NCBI GenBank assembly: GCA_963850305.1
Contig: CAWKKR010000008.1
Coordinates: forward strand, 1,600,001 to 1,664,000
Length of the DNA stretch: 64,000 nucleotides
Reading direction: 5' to 3'
Origin: an uncultured delta proteobacterium
GTDB lineage: Bacteria; Myxococcota_A; Polyangia; Polyangiales; Polyangiaceae
Shown in pieces: positions 22,119 through 32,017 of the stretch (its first letter is position 1; each line of letters opens with the position of its first letter). The notes below the pieces were generated by a model. It was given only the letters and a program-made list of their open reading frames with translations. It made no database searches and was not told the origin of the DNA. The position numbers and the translations under genes were made by a program.

Positions 22119-23727
22119 CATCGGGTGCCCAGCTTTGCGTGACGGTGCGCTTTCTGCAGCCCACGTTTCACGGGCGCGCGGAGGGGGGGCGAGGCGAATG
22201 GCCGCCATCCCCCCTTCGCCTGTTCCAAGCACTCGTGGCCGCAGCGGCGCGCTTGCAGCCGACTGGCTTCGACAATCGAACCCGGGAAGCGTTTCGGTGG
22301 CTGGAGCGGTGCGCGGCCCCGACGATCGTCGCGCCCGTCGCACAGGAGACGACTGGGATGAGGCTCTCGGTGCCGAACAATGCGATGGACATCGTCGCGC
22401 GCGCGTGGTGTCGAGGAAACGATTCGGAGACGGGTGACGCGGACCCTCGGACGCATCGGACCATGAAGACCGTGCGTCCGTACTGGCTTCACGGCGCGCG
22501 GGTCCGCTACATCTGGTCGTCGAACGAGGTGTCGCTAACCGCGGACGTAGCCGATCGCGTGGTTCGTGTTGCTCGCCATCTGACGCATCTTGGCTGGGGC
22601 ATGGATCAGGTGGTGGGTGATGCCTCGGTCATGAGCGCCGTCGAGCCTCCGGCAGCCGATGAGGACGAATGGCGCCCGTCGAGCGACATCTCTAACAGTG
22701 GTCTCCGGACTCCCGTTAGAGGCACCTTGGACGACCTCGAGGAGCATCACCACGCCTTCATGAATCGAATTGCGCCCGCCGGCTTTTCGGCGCCACCTCC
22801 CATCTCCGCATACAAGGTATTCGAGTATCGACGAGCATCCGATCCAAAGGCACGTCCGGTCGCGGTGTTTTCCATTCTCCGTCCCGGTGGCATGGCCTTT
22901 CGTGCGTTCGATCCTGCACGGAAGGCGCTCACGGTAGCTGGAATGCTTCGCCACACCGCCGAGGAGGCAGCCATTGCTTCCGGGTGGCCCGCTGCCAAGG
23001 TAGCTGGCTTCGTTATGGGGCACAGTGAACGCGGAGTGTCGACGCCAGTCGGTATCGAGCGTTTCGCGTATCTACCCCTGCCCAGCATCGAGTCCCGCGG
23101 TGGCGGCAAACAAACCGTCGGAAGCATCCGCCGCGTTGCCATCACTTCGTTCGCTGAAGACGTGAGTGCTGAGGTGGCGTGGGCGCGTCGCGGAATCTCC
23201 GGACGAGACCTCTTCGACGAGGACACGGGCGAGGCGGTTGCGTCCCTCGTGCTTCTCCAGAACGCCGACGCGGCGACGCAGCGTTACTTCGTCCCGGCGA
23301 GCACCTGGACTAGTGTCACTCCCGTTGTCCTTCCCGGATACGACGATCCGGATCACCTCCGCCAGAAGGCAAGCCGGAGCACGACGCCTGATCAACGGAA
23401 ACGATACCTGGAACGCCTGTCGGGCAGGATTGATCACCTCATCCGAAAGGCGCTTCGTCAATTTGGACTATCCGAGCTCTTGGCACAGCATGCCGACCTC
23501 GAATGGCGGAAGGTCGGGTTCCTCGCCGGGGTCGGGCACGCGGATCGATACGGAGTCCCCGATCATCTGCGCAGGTTTTTAGGTACCACGTGCGACTCCG
23601 GTTTCATGATTCCATGGGCAAGCCGATCTCGGTGCCGGGTCCGTTGTGTGTTGGCGGCGGTCGATACGCCGGAGTCGGCCTTTTCGTGGGAGACGATGGC
23701 CTGACGTCACCGTCGACGAGCGCATGA
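22115..23727 (+). CDS. csb2: Type I-G Cas5/Cas6 fusion (Csb2); frameshift near 23580
   Basis: EWPPSPLRLFQALVA, HLGWG, YLPLPSI, WTSVTPVVLPG; G-rich loop GPLCVGGGRYAGVGLF in the shifted frame ending 23727. Confidence 0.9.
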
Positions 23728-23845
23728 CGGCCTCTTCAAGTCGTCCCGAAGCCGGGGGTCAGTCCCCACCAAACGTTGCGAATCGCGGGTACGCGCCAAA
23801 CAGCTGCCACTCCCCCTCCTGACGACTGCTCCCCCGGCGCTCGTC

Positions 23846-24056
23846 CTACGCGGCACGCAGCGCCTCGCGCATCACGCGATCGCGAATCGAGCCCTTCAGC
23901 GCGTCCGCCGTCAGCAGGTCCACGTGTTTGCCGAGCCACTGCTCGAGCTGGTCGCGAAGGCGACTCAGGGCGAACATCCCGACGGACGTCTCGAACTCGA
24001 CGAGCAGATCGACGTCGCTGTTCGGACCCGCTTCGTCACGCGCCACCGAACGATAC
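23846..24056 (-). pseudogene. 5'-truncated minimal nucleotidyltransferase (MNT antitoxin) without HEPN partner
   Basis: SVARDEAGPNSDVDLLVEFE..VDLLT..RDRVMREA; the usual FG before SVAR is absent. Confidence 0.7.
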
Positions 24057-24164
24057 CGCGGACGGTTACTCGAGTCAGGTGGAGGACATCGCATGACAAC
24101 AAACAGCGCCGAACTCGGGCTTTCCGAGGAGCCGGCGGTCCCCGAGGCCCGCGCGAAACCCCTA

Positions 24165-24192
24165 CTCTCCACCGCGTTCGCGCGGTGGCCCC
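24165..24192 (+). CRISPR. Orphan CRISPR repeat lacking its last 8 nt
   Basis: CTCTCCACCGCGTTCGCGCGGTGGCCCC is identical to repeat positions 1-28. Confidence 0.85.
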
Positions 24193-24283
24193 ATGACCCT
24201 GAAAAAGTCAGGTCAGGGGTGGCCCCATGACCCTGCAAAATTCGCCCGGCTCATGGACCCATGAGAGCAAACCGGCAGCCGTC

Positions 24284-24856
24284 TCACCCCCAAATCCGCC
24301 CCAACCTCAGCTCTATCGCGTCGAACGGCTCCGCTCTCACGACGTCCTCCTCGCCATGAAGCCCGACCACCGACCAGCGTCCGCTTTCGAGGCGGAGCAC
24401 TTCCAGCGTTTTGGCGAGTGGATCGATCAGCCAGGCGTGTGGCACTCCAACCTGAGCGTAGAGGGGGAGCTTCTTGATGCGATCGAAGCGCGCGGTCGAC
24501 GGCGACAGGATTCCGCAAACCCAATTCGGGCAGATCTCGATGAACGGGCCGTTGGGGGCGATTGGCATCCGCTCGCGGCGCCACCCGGCGAGGTCGGGCA
24601 CGACGATGTTGCCGTCGAGGTGGACCTCCGGTTCGTCGAGGATCCACCATCCGCCGGGTCCACCATCGCCGAACTGGAACGGCGGCAGGAGGCTTCCGCC
24701 GACCGCCGAGCCCGCGACGGAGTGGCGCCCGGCTGGGCGTGGGCTCGCGTGCAGCTCGCCGCCGACGATCTCCCCGATGACGTCGTCGCCGAGCGCGACG
24801 AGATCGTCGTACGTGGCGTTGCGTCGAGCGGGTTCCACCGCGCGGAAGGATATCAC
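24284..24856 (-). CDS. Uma2-family putative endonuclease
   Basis: ATYDDL, GGWWILDEPE, VPDLAGWRR, KLPLYA; CGILSPS where paralogues have CE(I/V)LS. Confidence 0.9.
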   Translation of the reverse strand: MISFRAVEPARRNATYDDLVALGDDVIGEIVGGELHASPRPAGRHSVAGSAVGGSLLPPFQFGDGGPGGWWILDEPEVHLDGNIVVPDLAGWRRERMPIAPNGPFIEICPNWVCGILSPSTARFDRIKKLPLYAQVGVPHAWLIDPLAKTLEVLRLESGRWSVVGLHGEEDVVRAEPFDAIELRLGRIWG

Positions 24857-24861
24857 CTTTC

Positions 24862-26817
24862 ATGACCGAGAGCCCTGCGTCTAGTTTGCCGGCCGCTCCG
24901 TCTCCCCCACCCGAAGAGGTGGCCCGCGCGAAACACCTCCCGCTCCCCCTTCTGAAGACCGACAGCCCCGCGCTCGTCCCCGCGCGGATGATCAACGAGC
25001 TCTTCTACTGCGAGCGGCTCATGTATCTCGAGTGGGCGCAGAGCGAGTTCGCCGACAACGCGTTCACCGTCGATGGTCGATCGGTCCATCGACGCGCCGA
25101 CGAAGCCAAACCCCTGCCGGAGCCGGCACGGCGCTCGTCGAAGAGGAAGGATTCGGCGAAGGCTGACACGAACGACGGCGAGGCCGACACGGGTGAATCT
25201 GCTCCGTCAGTCGACGGCCCTCCCTATACTGCACGGTCCGTCTGGCTCTCGTCAGAGCGACTGGGCATCACCGCGAAGATCGACGTCGTGGAAGGGGAGG
25301 GCGGGCGCGTCGTGCCCATCGAGTACAAGCGAGGGAGCAAGCCTGAAATACCCGAGGGCGCGTACCTGCCCGAACGCGCTCAGTTGTGCGCGCAAGTACT
25401 GCTCCTCCGAGACCACGGATACCAATGCGACGAGGCCGCCATCTACTTCGCCGCGGATCGGCGGCGCGTGTCGATCGCGATCGACGAGGCGCTCGTGGCG
25501 CTCACGCTCGACGCCGTTCGGCGCGCCCGAGACGTTGTGCAGGCTGGCGAACTACCTCCGCCCCTCGTCGACAGTCCGAAATGCGACGGCTGCTCGCTCG
25601 TCGGGATTTGCCTCCCCGACGAAACGAACCTCCTCCGGGCGCTGGAGGGAGTCGAGGCGCCGCAGGAAGCGCCCGAAGATCCCGAAGCGCCCGTCCTGGA
25701 GCCGGCGCTCGTCGAGTTGTACGGGCCGCTCGAGAAGGATCCGTGGGACCTTGCCGGGCCGGAGCCTCAACCAATTCCGGCGGAGCTCCGTCGATTGCAT
25801 CCGGCGCGCGATGACAAGCTACCGGTCTACGTTCAGGCGCAGGGCGGGCGGATAACGCTCAGCGGAGAACGTCTCTCGATCTGGACCAAGGACGACGGCG
25901 CGATCGAAGCTCGGCTCGGAAACACTTCCCAGATTTCGCTCTTCGGCAATATTCAGATCACTCCGCAGGCGCTTCGCACCGTGCTCGAGCGTGGGATCCC
26001 GGTTTCACTCTTTACTTACGGGGGATGGTTCATCGGGCGCGCCGTGGGGCACGACTCGAAGAACGTCGAGCTGCGCCTTGCGCAGTACGCGGGCGCGACC
26101 GATCCCGCCACGTCGCTCCGATTGGCGCGAGGATTCGTCGTATCGAAGATCTTGAACTGTCGAACCCTGCTGCGTCGCAACCACGAGAAAGCCAGCGCGG
26201 TCGTGCTCTCGGAACTCAAGCAGCTTGCGCGCAAAGCAGCGGAAGCAGATTCGCTGGGCGAGCTCCTGGGACTGGAGGGCACCGCGGCGCGGGCCTACTT
26301 CTCGGAGTTCACGGGCATGTTGAAGCCGGAGGATAGCGAGACCGCGGTGTTCGACCTGGACGGACGGAATCGGCGACCACCCAAGGACCCGATCAATGCG
26401 CTCCTGTCGTTCGCCTATTCCCTGCTCTCCAAGGACTTCGCGCTGACCCTGCACGCGGTCGGGCTCGATCCGCTCCTCGGCTTCTACCACCAACCGCGAT
26501 TCGGCCGCCCCGCGCTCGCGCTCGACATGATGGAGGAGTTCCGGCCACTGGTTGCCGACTCCGTGGTGATCGGCGTCGTGAACAACGGCGTCGTTCGGGC
26601 CAGCGACTTCGTTCGGTCCCCAGCTGGCACGGCGCTGAAGCCGGCGGCGCGCCGGCGTCTGATCCTCGCCTATGAACGGCGCATGGACCAGCTCACGACG
26701 CACCCGACGTTCGGCTACCGAATCAGCTACCGACGCGTGCTCGAGGTTCAGGCAAGATTGCTCGGCCGCATGCTGCTCGGCGAATTGAAAGAATACCCGG
26801 CGTTCCGCACGCGGTGA
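24862..26817 (+). CDS. cas1: Cas4-Cas1 fusion
   Basis: YCER, KIDVVE, PIEYKRG, KCDGCSLVGIC (Cas4 Fe-S/RecB); LLGLEGTAARAYF, RRPPKDPINALLSFAY, GFYH, LDMMEEFRP (Cas1). Confidence 0.96.
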   Translation: MTESPASSLPAAPSPPPEEVARAKHLPLPLLKTDSPALVPARMINELFYCERLMYLEWAQSEFADNAFTVDGRSVHRRADEAKPLPEPARRSSKRKDSAKADTNDGEADTGESAPSVDGPPYTARSVWLSSERLGITAKIDVVEGEGGRVVPIEYKRGSKPEIPEGAYLPERAQLCAQVLLLRDHGYQCDEAAIYFAADRRRVSIAIDEALVALTLDAVRRARDVVQAGELPPPLVDSPKCDGCSLVGICLPDETNLLRALEGVEAPQEAPEDPEAPVLEPALVELYGPLEKDPWDLAGPEPQPIPAELRRLHPARDDKLPVYVQAQGGRITLSGERLSIWTKDDGAIEARLGNTSQISLFGNIQITPQALRTVLERGIPVSLFTYGGWFIGRAVGHDSKNVELRLAQYAGATDPATSLRLARGFVVSKILNCRTLLRRNHEKASAVVLSELKQLARKAAEADSLGELLGLEGTAARAYFSEFTGMLKPEDSETAVFDLDGRNRRPPKDPINALLSFAYSLLSKDFALTLHAVGLDPLLGFYHQPRFGRPALALDMMEEFRPLVADSVVIGVVNNGVVRASDFVRSPAGTALKPAARRRLILAYERRMDQLTTHPTFGYRISYRRVLEVQARLLGRMLLGELKEYPAFRTR

Positions 26818-26832
26818 CGTCTCGGAGGAACG

Positions 26833-27123
26833 ATGCGCCAAACGTACATCGTCAGCTACGACATCTCGAACCCGAAGCGCTTGCGCAAGGTGTTCCAGCT
26901 CATGCGCGGGTACGGCGATCATCTTCAGCTTTCTGTCTTTCAGTGCGAGCTGAACCACCGAGAGCTCATCGAGCTTCGCGCGCGTCTGTCCGACATCATC
27001 CACATTGCAGAAGACCAGGTGATGTTCGTGGATGTCGGCCCCGTCGAGGGCCGCGGCAGCACATCCATCTCGGCGATCGGGCGTCCCTACCTGTACCCTG
27101 AGCGCCACGCGATCGTCGCGTGA
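26833..27123 (+). CDS. cas2: Cas2
   Basis: YIVSYDISNPKRLRKV, HLQLSVFQC, DQV; GGAGG ribosome site. Confidence 0.96.
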   Translation: MRQTYIVSYDISNPKRLRKVFQLMRGYGDHLQLSVFQCELNHRELIELRARLSDIIHIAEDQVMFVDVGPVEGRGSTSISAIGRPYLYPERHAIVA

Positions 27124-27355
27124 TGCATATGAATCTCGATCAGCTCGTTGTCCGCGCGTATGATCGAGCGGTCCGGTGCGGCTCGCACCCGCGCACCCTC
27201 TCGCAAAAGAGGGTTTGTTCCTTGAAAACCCAGCGTCGCGCGACACGGAAAGTGGTCCGCCGCGTGACGTCTCGCCACCCCAAGCGGCACCCCAAATCGA
27301 CCCTCTCGCAATTCACCTCGCAGAGCCCCGCTTTCGAAGCGAATCGGCGAGGTGC
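27124..27355 (+). promoter_or_regulatory. CRISPR leader
   Basis: Non-coding gap between cas2 and first repeat; ACCCTCTCGCAA occurs at 27195 and 27300. Confidence 0.75.
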
Positions 27356-28438
27356 CTCTCCACCGCGTTCGCGCGGTGGCCCCGTTGAAGCCGCAGCGAT
27401 ACTTGCGGTATGCAGTTCTCGCGATCCGTCGCTCTCCACCGCGTTCGCGCGGTGGCCCCGTTGAAGCGACCGCTGCGTCGGTGCCGATCGATCGGCGATC
27501 CATTCGCTCTCCACCGCGTTCGCGCGGTGGCCCCGTTGAAGCTCGCATCGCAGCCGTCGTCGACTTCGAGGATCGATGCTGCGCGCTCTCCACCGCGTTC
27601 GCGCGGTGGCCCCGTTGAAGCCTGCGCCGACGACACGTCTTGCAGCGTGCGTCGACATCCTCTCCACCGCGTTCGCGCGGTGGCCCCGTTGAAGCCGAGT
27701 CCGAGCGCGACGCTGGCTCGGCAGAGATGTCGACTCTCCACCGCGTTCGCGCGGTGGCCCCGTTGAAGCCTACGTGCCGCCGCCGATCCATTCCGCGATG
27801 TCCGACGAAGCTACTCTCCACCGCGTTCGCGCGGTGGCCCCGTTGAAGCCGACGCTTGTCATGCAGCGTCGGCTCCGCGGCCTCCGGCCGCCTCTCCACC
27901 GCGTTCGCGCGGTGGCCCCGTTGAAGCCACACTGAGCCAGCAGTTGGTCCGCGTCTGCGCGAGCGCTCTCCACCGCGTTCGCGCGGTGGCCCCGTTGAAG
28001 CTCAGAGGCACGCGAGCTCGATCGTGGCCTGAGCATGCAGCTCTCCACCGCGTTCGCGCGGTGGCCCCGTTGAAGCGTCGGCGACGTGCGCGAGATGCGT
28101 GCGCCATCACGGCTCTCCACCGCGTTCGCGCGGTGGCCCCGTTGAAGCCCGCCAGCCGATGTCCGCAGCGATCGACGGCGCCTGACTCTCCACCGCGTTC
28201 GCGCGGTGGCCCCGTTGAAGCGTGTAGCTCGCGTGCGCGAGCAGCCGCTCGCGAGGATCTCGCCTCTCCACCGCGTTCGCGCGGTGGCCCCGTTGAAGCC
28301 CGGACGCTCTGCGCCGCGTCGGCGGTCGCTGACGTACTCTCCACCGCGTTCGCGCGGTGGCCCCGTTGAAGCTCCACATGCCGGTCTGGGCGACGTGCTC
28401 GTCACATCTGCCTCTCCACCGCGTTCGCGCGGTGGCCC
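27356..28438 (+). CRISPR. CRISPR array: 14 full repeats CTCTCCACCGCGTTCGCGCGGTGGCCCCGTTGAAGC, one truncated trailer repeat, 14 spacers of 36-44 nt
   Basis: Repeats start at 27356, 27432, 27507, 27586, 27660, 27734, 27814, 27892, 27966, 28041, 28113, 28186, 28264, 28337 and 28412 (27 nt only). Confidence 0.99.
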
Positions 28439-28564
28439 TACGCCGCCATCGTCGTAGCCTGTGCCCCCAAGACGGCGGTGTGGACGGAATTTCTTGCCGT
28501 GCGACATGTGCAGCGTGAGCCGGTGGGCTCGTCCGCAACGGACGCACACAATCCGGAGGCACGC

Positions 28565-29405
28565 ATGCTCACTCTGCACGACAAGATGGAACAGGATCTC
28601 GAACTTGCCGGCTACGCCAAGCGAACCCGTCAGGCGTATCTCGCATCCATCCGCGACTTGGAGCGGTTCCACGGCCGCTCGGGGGACCGATTGGGTCAGG
28701 AAGAGATCCGGCGTTGGGTTCGCCACCTCACCGGCCAGGGACGAAGTCCGGAGCGGCTCCGCAAGCACTTTGCGGCGCTCAAGTTCCTCTACGCTCGCAC
28801 CCTGGGACGCCCTGCGCTGACTGCCTTTCTCGCTTGGCCCACTGCGCGGCAACGAACGCCCGTCGTTCTCAGTCCTCACGAAGTCGTCGCACTGTTGGGC
28901 GCGATCCGGTCGCCGAAGTACCGTGTGTTCTTTTCGTTGGTCTACGGCACCGGAATGCGCCTGTCCGAAGCGTGTCGACTCGAAACATCCGACATCGACG
29001 CGCAACGCGGCGTGATTCACGTGCGCCACGCGAAGGGTGGGCGCGACCGCTTCGTGATGCTGTCGCCGCAGCTCCTTGGGTCGTTGAGGGCGTACTGGCG
29101 TTTCGCGCGGCCGCCCGCGCCGTACCTGTTCACCGCTCGAACCGGGAGGCCGATCCATCCCGAGGTTGCCCGCAACGCCATGACCGCCGCCGCGAAGGCG
29201 GCCGGCCTGGCAAAGCGAGTGACGCCTCACGTACTTGCGCCACAGCTTCGCCACACATCTCCTCGAGCGGGGTGTCGACATTCGAGTCATCCAGGTGCTG
29301 CTCGGGCACATGAGTATTCGGACCACGGCGCGTTACACGCGCGTGTCGACCGGGATGATCGCGGACACCGTCAGCCCCTTGGATCTGCTCCCTCGCACCG
29401 GATAG
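28565..29405 (+). mobile_element. Tyrosine recombinase/integrase with N-terminal SAM-like domain; frameshift near 29236
   Basis: YGTGMRLSE, KGGRDR, TPHVL then [22 protein letters not shown] in the shifted frame. Confidence 0.88.
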
Positions 29406-29476
29406 CAGCCGGCCGATTGCGTCCTTGGTTCGTCCGAGCCCACCCGCGGGAGCCCAACGCAATGAACATGAACGTA

Positions 29477-29630
29477 GCCTCTACGACGTCGAGGTCCCGA
29501 CCATCAACTACCACCTGAAGAAGGTGTTCGAGGACAAGGAGTTCACCATCAAGGGCTTCGCGATGGACGACGAGCGCCCGAAGCGCGGCGGCTCGGTCCT
29601 GAGCGATCGCTACTTCGAAGACGCCCTAGG
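29477..29630 (+). pseudogene. Internally deleted RhuM-family remnant
   Basis: LYDVEVPTINYHLKKVFED joined directly to EFTIKGFAMDDER..GGSVLSDRYFED, two motifs normally far apart in RhuM. Confidence 0.65.
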
Positions 29631-29838
29631 CGCCGCGCGTCCTGCGCCCGCCTGTGACCGGCCCCTTCGTTCCGTAGGAAGCGGGCTTCGGGTTCGACGT
29701 GGATCGCGTGGCTCCGGATCCGGCAACCACGGCTTGGAAGCAGCTCGCGCGCTTCTTCGCGTCCTTTCGGCGCGGGAGCCCAAGTGTGGAGCCGGTGACG
29801 GGTGGTTCGGTGCAGATTGGTGCGCTAGCGTGGAGGCC

Positions 29839-30177
29839 ATGCCCACACTCCCGCCCGACGTGCTCGCGGCGCTGACGCGCTTTCGTTCCGCGCTGGACGA
29901 GCGCTTCGGCGAACGAGTGCGGGAAGTACGACTGTTCGGTTCGCACGCGCGCGGTGACGCGAACGAAGACAGCGACGTCGACGTGTTCGTGACCATCGAA
30001 GGACTGACGGGCGCCGAGCGCTCCGATGTCCTGACGCTCGCCTACTACGCGGATCTCGCTGGAGAGGAAGACGTCCTGCTCTCGCCTCTCGCGTACTCGA
30101 CCGAGCAGGCCGCGGAGCTGCGTCGCCGTGAGCGACGCCTCCTCATGGACATCGATCGCGAGGGGGTCGCGCTTTGA
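29839..30177 (+). CDS. MNT nucleotidyltransferase antitoxin
   Basis: LFGSHARGDANEDSDVDVFV; GGAGG ribosome site. Confidence 0.88.
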   Translation: MPTLPPDVLAALTRFRSALDERFGERVREVRLFGSHARGDANEDSDVDVFVTIEGLTGAERSDVLTLAYYADLAGEEDVLLSPLAYSTEQAAELRRRERRLLMDIDREGVAL

Positions 30178-30581
30178 CGGACGAGAACCAGCGCGCCAAC
30201 ATCGCCGTCGAGATCGCGCGCGCCGAGCGGGCGCTGCGTTCGGCGCGGCTCCTTTGCGACGCAGGCGAAGCGGCGGATGCCGTCAGCCGCGCGTACTACG
30301 CAGCCCTCCACTACGCGCGCGCCTTGCTCCTCACGCGGGCAACCGAGCCGCGAACGCACCGGGGCGTCCTGCGCCTGATCAGCCGAGATTTCGTGCGCAC
30401 CGGGCAACTGTCACCGGATACGGCCGCAGCGCTGTCGAAGCTCGAAAAACAACGTCTCGAAGCGGACTACAGCGCAGAGCTGGTATTCACCGACGCAGAG
30501 GCGACCACCGAGCTCGCCGCGGCGACCTCGTTCATCGATGCGGTGACGGGGATCCTTCGCCGGGACGGGTGGATCGCGTAG
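30174..30581 (+). CDS. HEPN-domain protein, partner of the MNT
   Basis: AVSRAYYAALH, PRTHRGV, RLEADY; TTGA overlap with the MNT. Confidence 0.88.
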   Translation: MTDENQRANIAVEIARAERALRSARLLCDAGEAADAVSRAYYAALHYARALLLTRATEPRTHRGVLRLISRDFVRTGQLSPDTAAALSKLEKQRLEADYSAELVFTDAEATTELAAATSFIDAVTGILRRDGWIA

Positions 30582-30607
30582 CCGTGGGGTCGCGACGGGC
30601 GCCCCAG

Positions 30608-30940
30608 TTGACGTAAACGGGGCGGTACGGCTGCTTCTGGATCTCCTCGATCGCTTCGTCGAGCTCCTGCTCGAAGAGCAGTGGGTACTCGGCATACGCC
30701 GCCCACTGTGCGTTTTCGTGCGCAATGAGGCGCTCGGCCTCCTCCGTGTAGATGAGGTTCACGGACGAGCTCGGGTCGCCCGAGTGCGAGCAGATCCACA
30801 CCGGGCGCGAACACCGCCAGATCGACGTCCGAGTCAGGACGTTCGGCTGCGCGAGCCACCGACCCGAAGAGCACCGCGAGCCGAACGTCGGTGCGCCCGG
30901 CGAGAGCGGCCTTGAGGTTTGCGGCGGCGGACGGAGTCAT
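30608..30940 (-). pseudogene. Chimeric toxin-antitoxin debris: MNT N-terminus followed by a possible RelE/ParE-like fragment
   Basis: LAVLFGSVARAAERPDSDVDLAV from 30940; VNLIYTEEAERLI..PLLFEQELDEAIEEI from 30762 (family tentative). Confidence 0.55.
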
Positions 30941-31092
30941 GCCATCCACGATAGCTTGAAAGTCGAGCTCCTTCGAGCCCTGGGCGTGGCTCGACTTGGT
31001 TCGCAGATCCTGCGAGCGCACGGCCGCACCCTCGACCCCGAGATGCAAGAGGGGAGCGTCCCTATCGGCGGGGGCGAGACCGCGGGGCAGCG

Positions 31093-31662
31093 TCACGTCG
31101 CCACGTCGGCCCAGAGAGTCGACAGATCGATTTCGATCGCGTCGAACGGAACGGCGCGAACCCTGGCATCGTCCCGGAAAGCGACGACGCGCGCCCACCC
31201 GTCCGGGCCGAGCCGCAAGACTTCGAGGAGCTTCTGATCGGGGTTCACCAGCCACACGAACGAGACCGCCTCGCGCGCGTAGACGCCGAGCTTGTCGGTC
31301 CGATCGCTCTTCTCCGTCGACGCCGACAGCACCTCGCAGACCCAATCTGGCGCGAGCGTGAGATACGGTTCGCGTGGAACCTCCGCCAGCCGGCTCCGGC
31401 GCCAGCCGCCGAGGTCGGGTACGAGAATGTCGGCTCCCAGATGCAGCTCTGGTCCGTCCAGGATGATCCATCCACCCGGACCGCCGCGGCCGCGCTTGAA
31501 GGGAGGCCCGAGCTCTTCTCCGAGTGCGCTTGCGGCGGCGGCATGCGCCAGCGCCGGACGGGGGCTGAGGCGCAGCTCGCCGTTCACGATCTCCGCGACA
31601 AGGTGGCGAGGCGTCGCAAGGACGTCAGCGTAGGTCGCGATGTGTCGAGCTGGCCGGGACAC
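31093..31662 (-). CDS. Uma2-family putative endonuclease
   Basis: ATYADVL, GGWIILDGPE, VPDLGGWRR, PDWVCEVLS. Confidence 0.9.
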   Translation of the reverse strand: MSRPARHIATYADVLATPRHLVAEIVNGELRLSPRPALAHAAAASALGEELGPPFKRGRGGPGGWIILDGPELHLGADILVPDLGGWRRSRLAEVPREPYLTLAPDWVCEVLSASTEKSDRTDKLGVYAREAVSFVWLVNPDQKLLEVLRLGPDGWARVVAFRDDARVRAVPFDAIEIDLSTLWADVAT

Positions 31663-32017
31663 CCTGCGAACATTAGCGCGAAGCGGCGGCGGCCAAGGAA
31701 GCCAAAGGCCGGGCCGGGACGCGACATAACGCCCGAACCGCGAAACAGCCGCTATTCTCGTTCGGCGACTGGAGCGCCCCCAAGCGGATAAAGATGGGGG
31801 CGCACCGGAGGGACGAGCGCGTCGGGAGGGGTTGCCGGCGCCGGGCCAGGTTGCTGGCCCCGGGACGAAGGTGCAGCCGCGCCTGCGCATCGGGGTGACG
31901 GGCGCGGCGGGAACGACCAGCGGCCGCCAGCGCTTTCAGGTGAAGCTGGTCGCGGCAGAGCCTCGCCCAAGTTCGCCGCTTCGCGGCGAGGATGCTACCG
32001 TTCACGGCGGGGTCTTC

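Noticed and set aside
17085..23771. Imperfect 14-bp inverted repeat (TGGTGGGGGTTGAC / TGGTGGGGACTGAC) flanking the effector genes
   Set aside because: Only 12/14, no extension, no target duplication and no transposase; chance is plausible
24129..24164. Second regulatory spacer targeting cas4-cas1
   Set aside because: No upstream repeat or handle, and the match is PAM-distal and in frame after a ribosome site, so a gene relic fits better
27087..28562. Long ORFs across the CRISPR array
   Set aside because: They are translations of the repeat (STAFARWPR, LQRGHRANAVE)
28565..31662. Integron with attC cassettes
   Set aside because: No recurring attC-like palindromes between the genes, mixed orientations, and the recombinase seems to lack the integron-specific insertion
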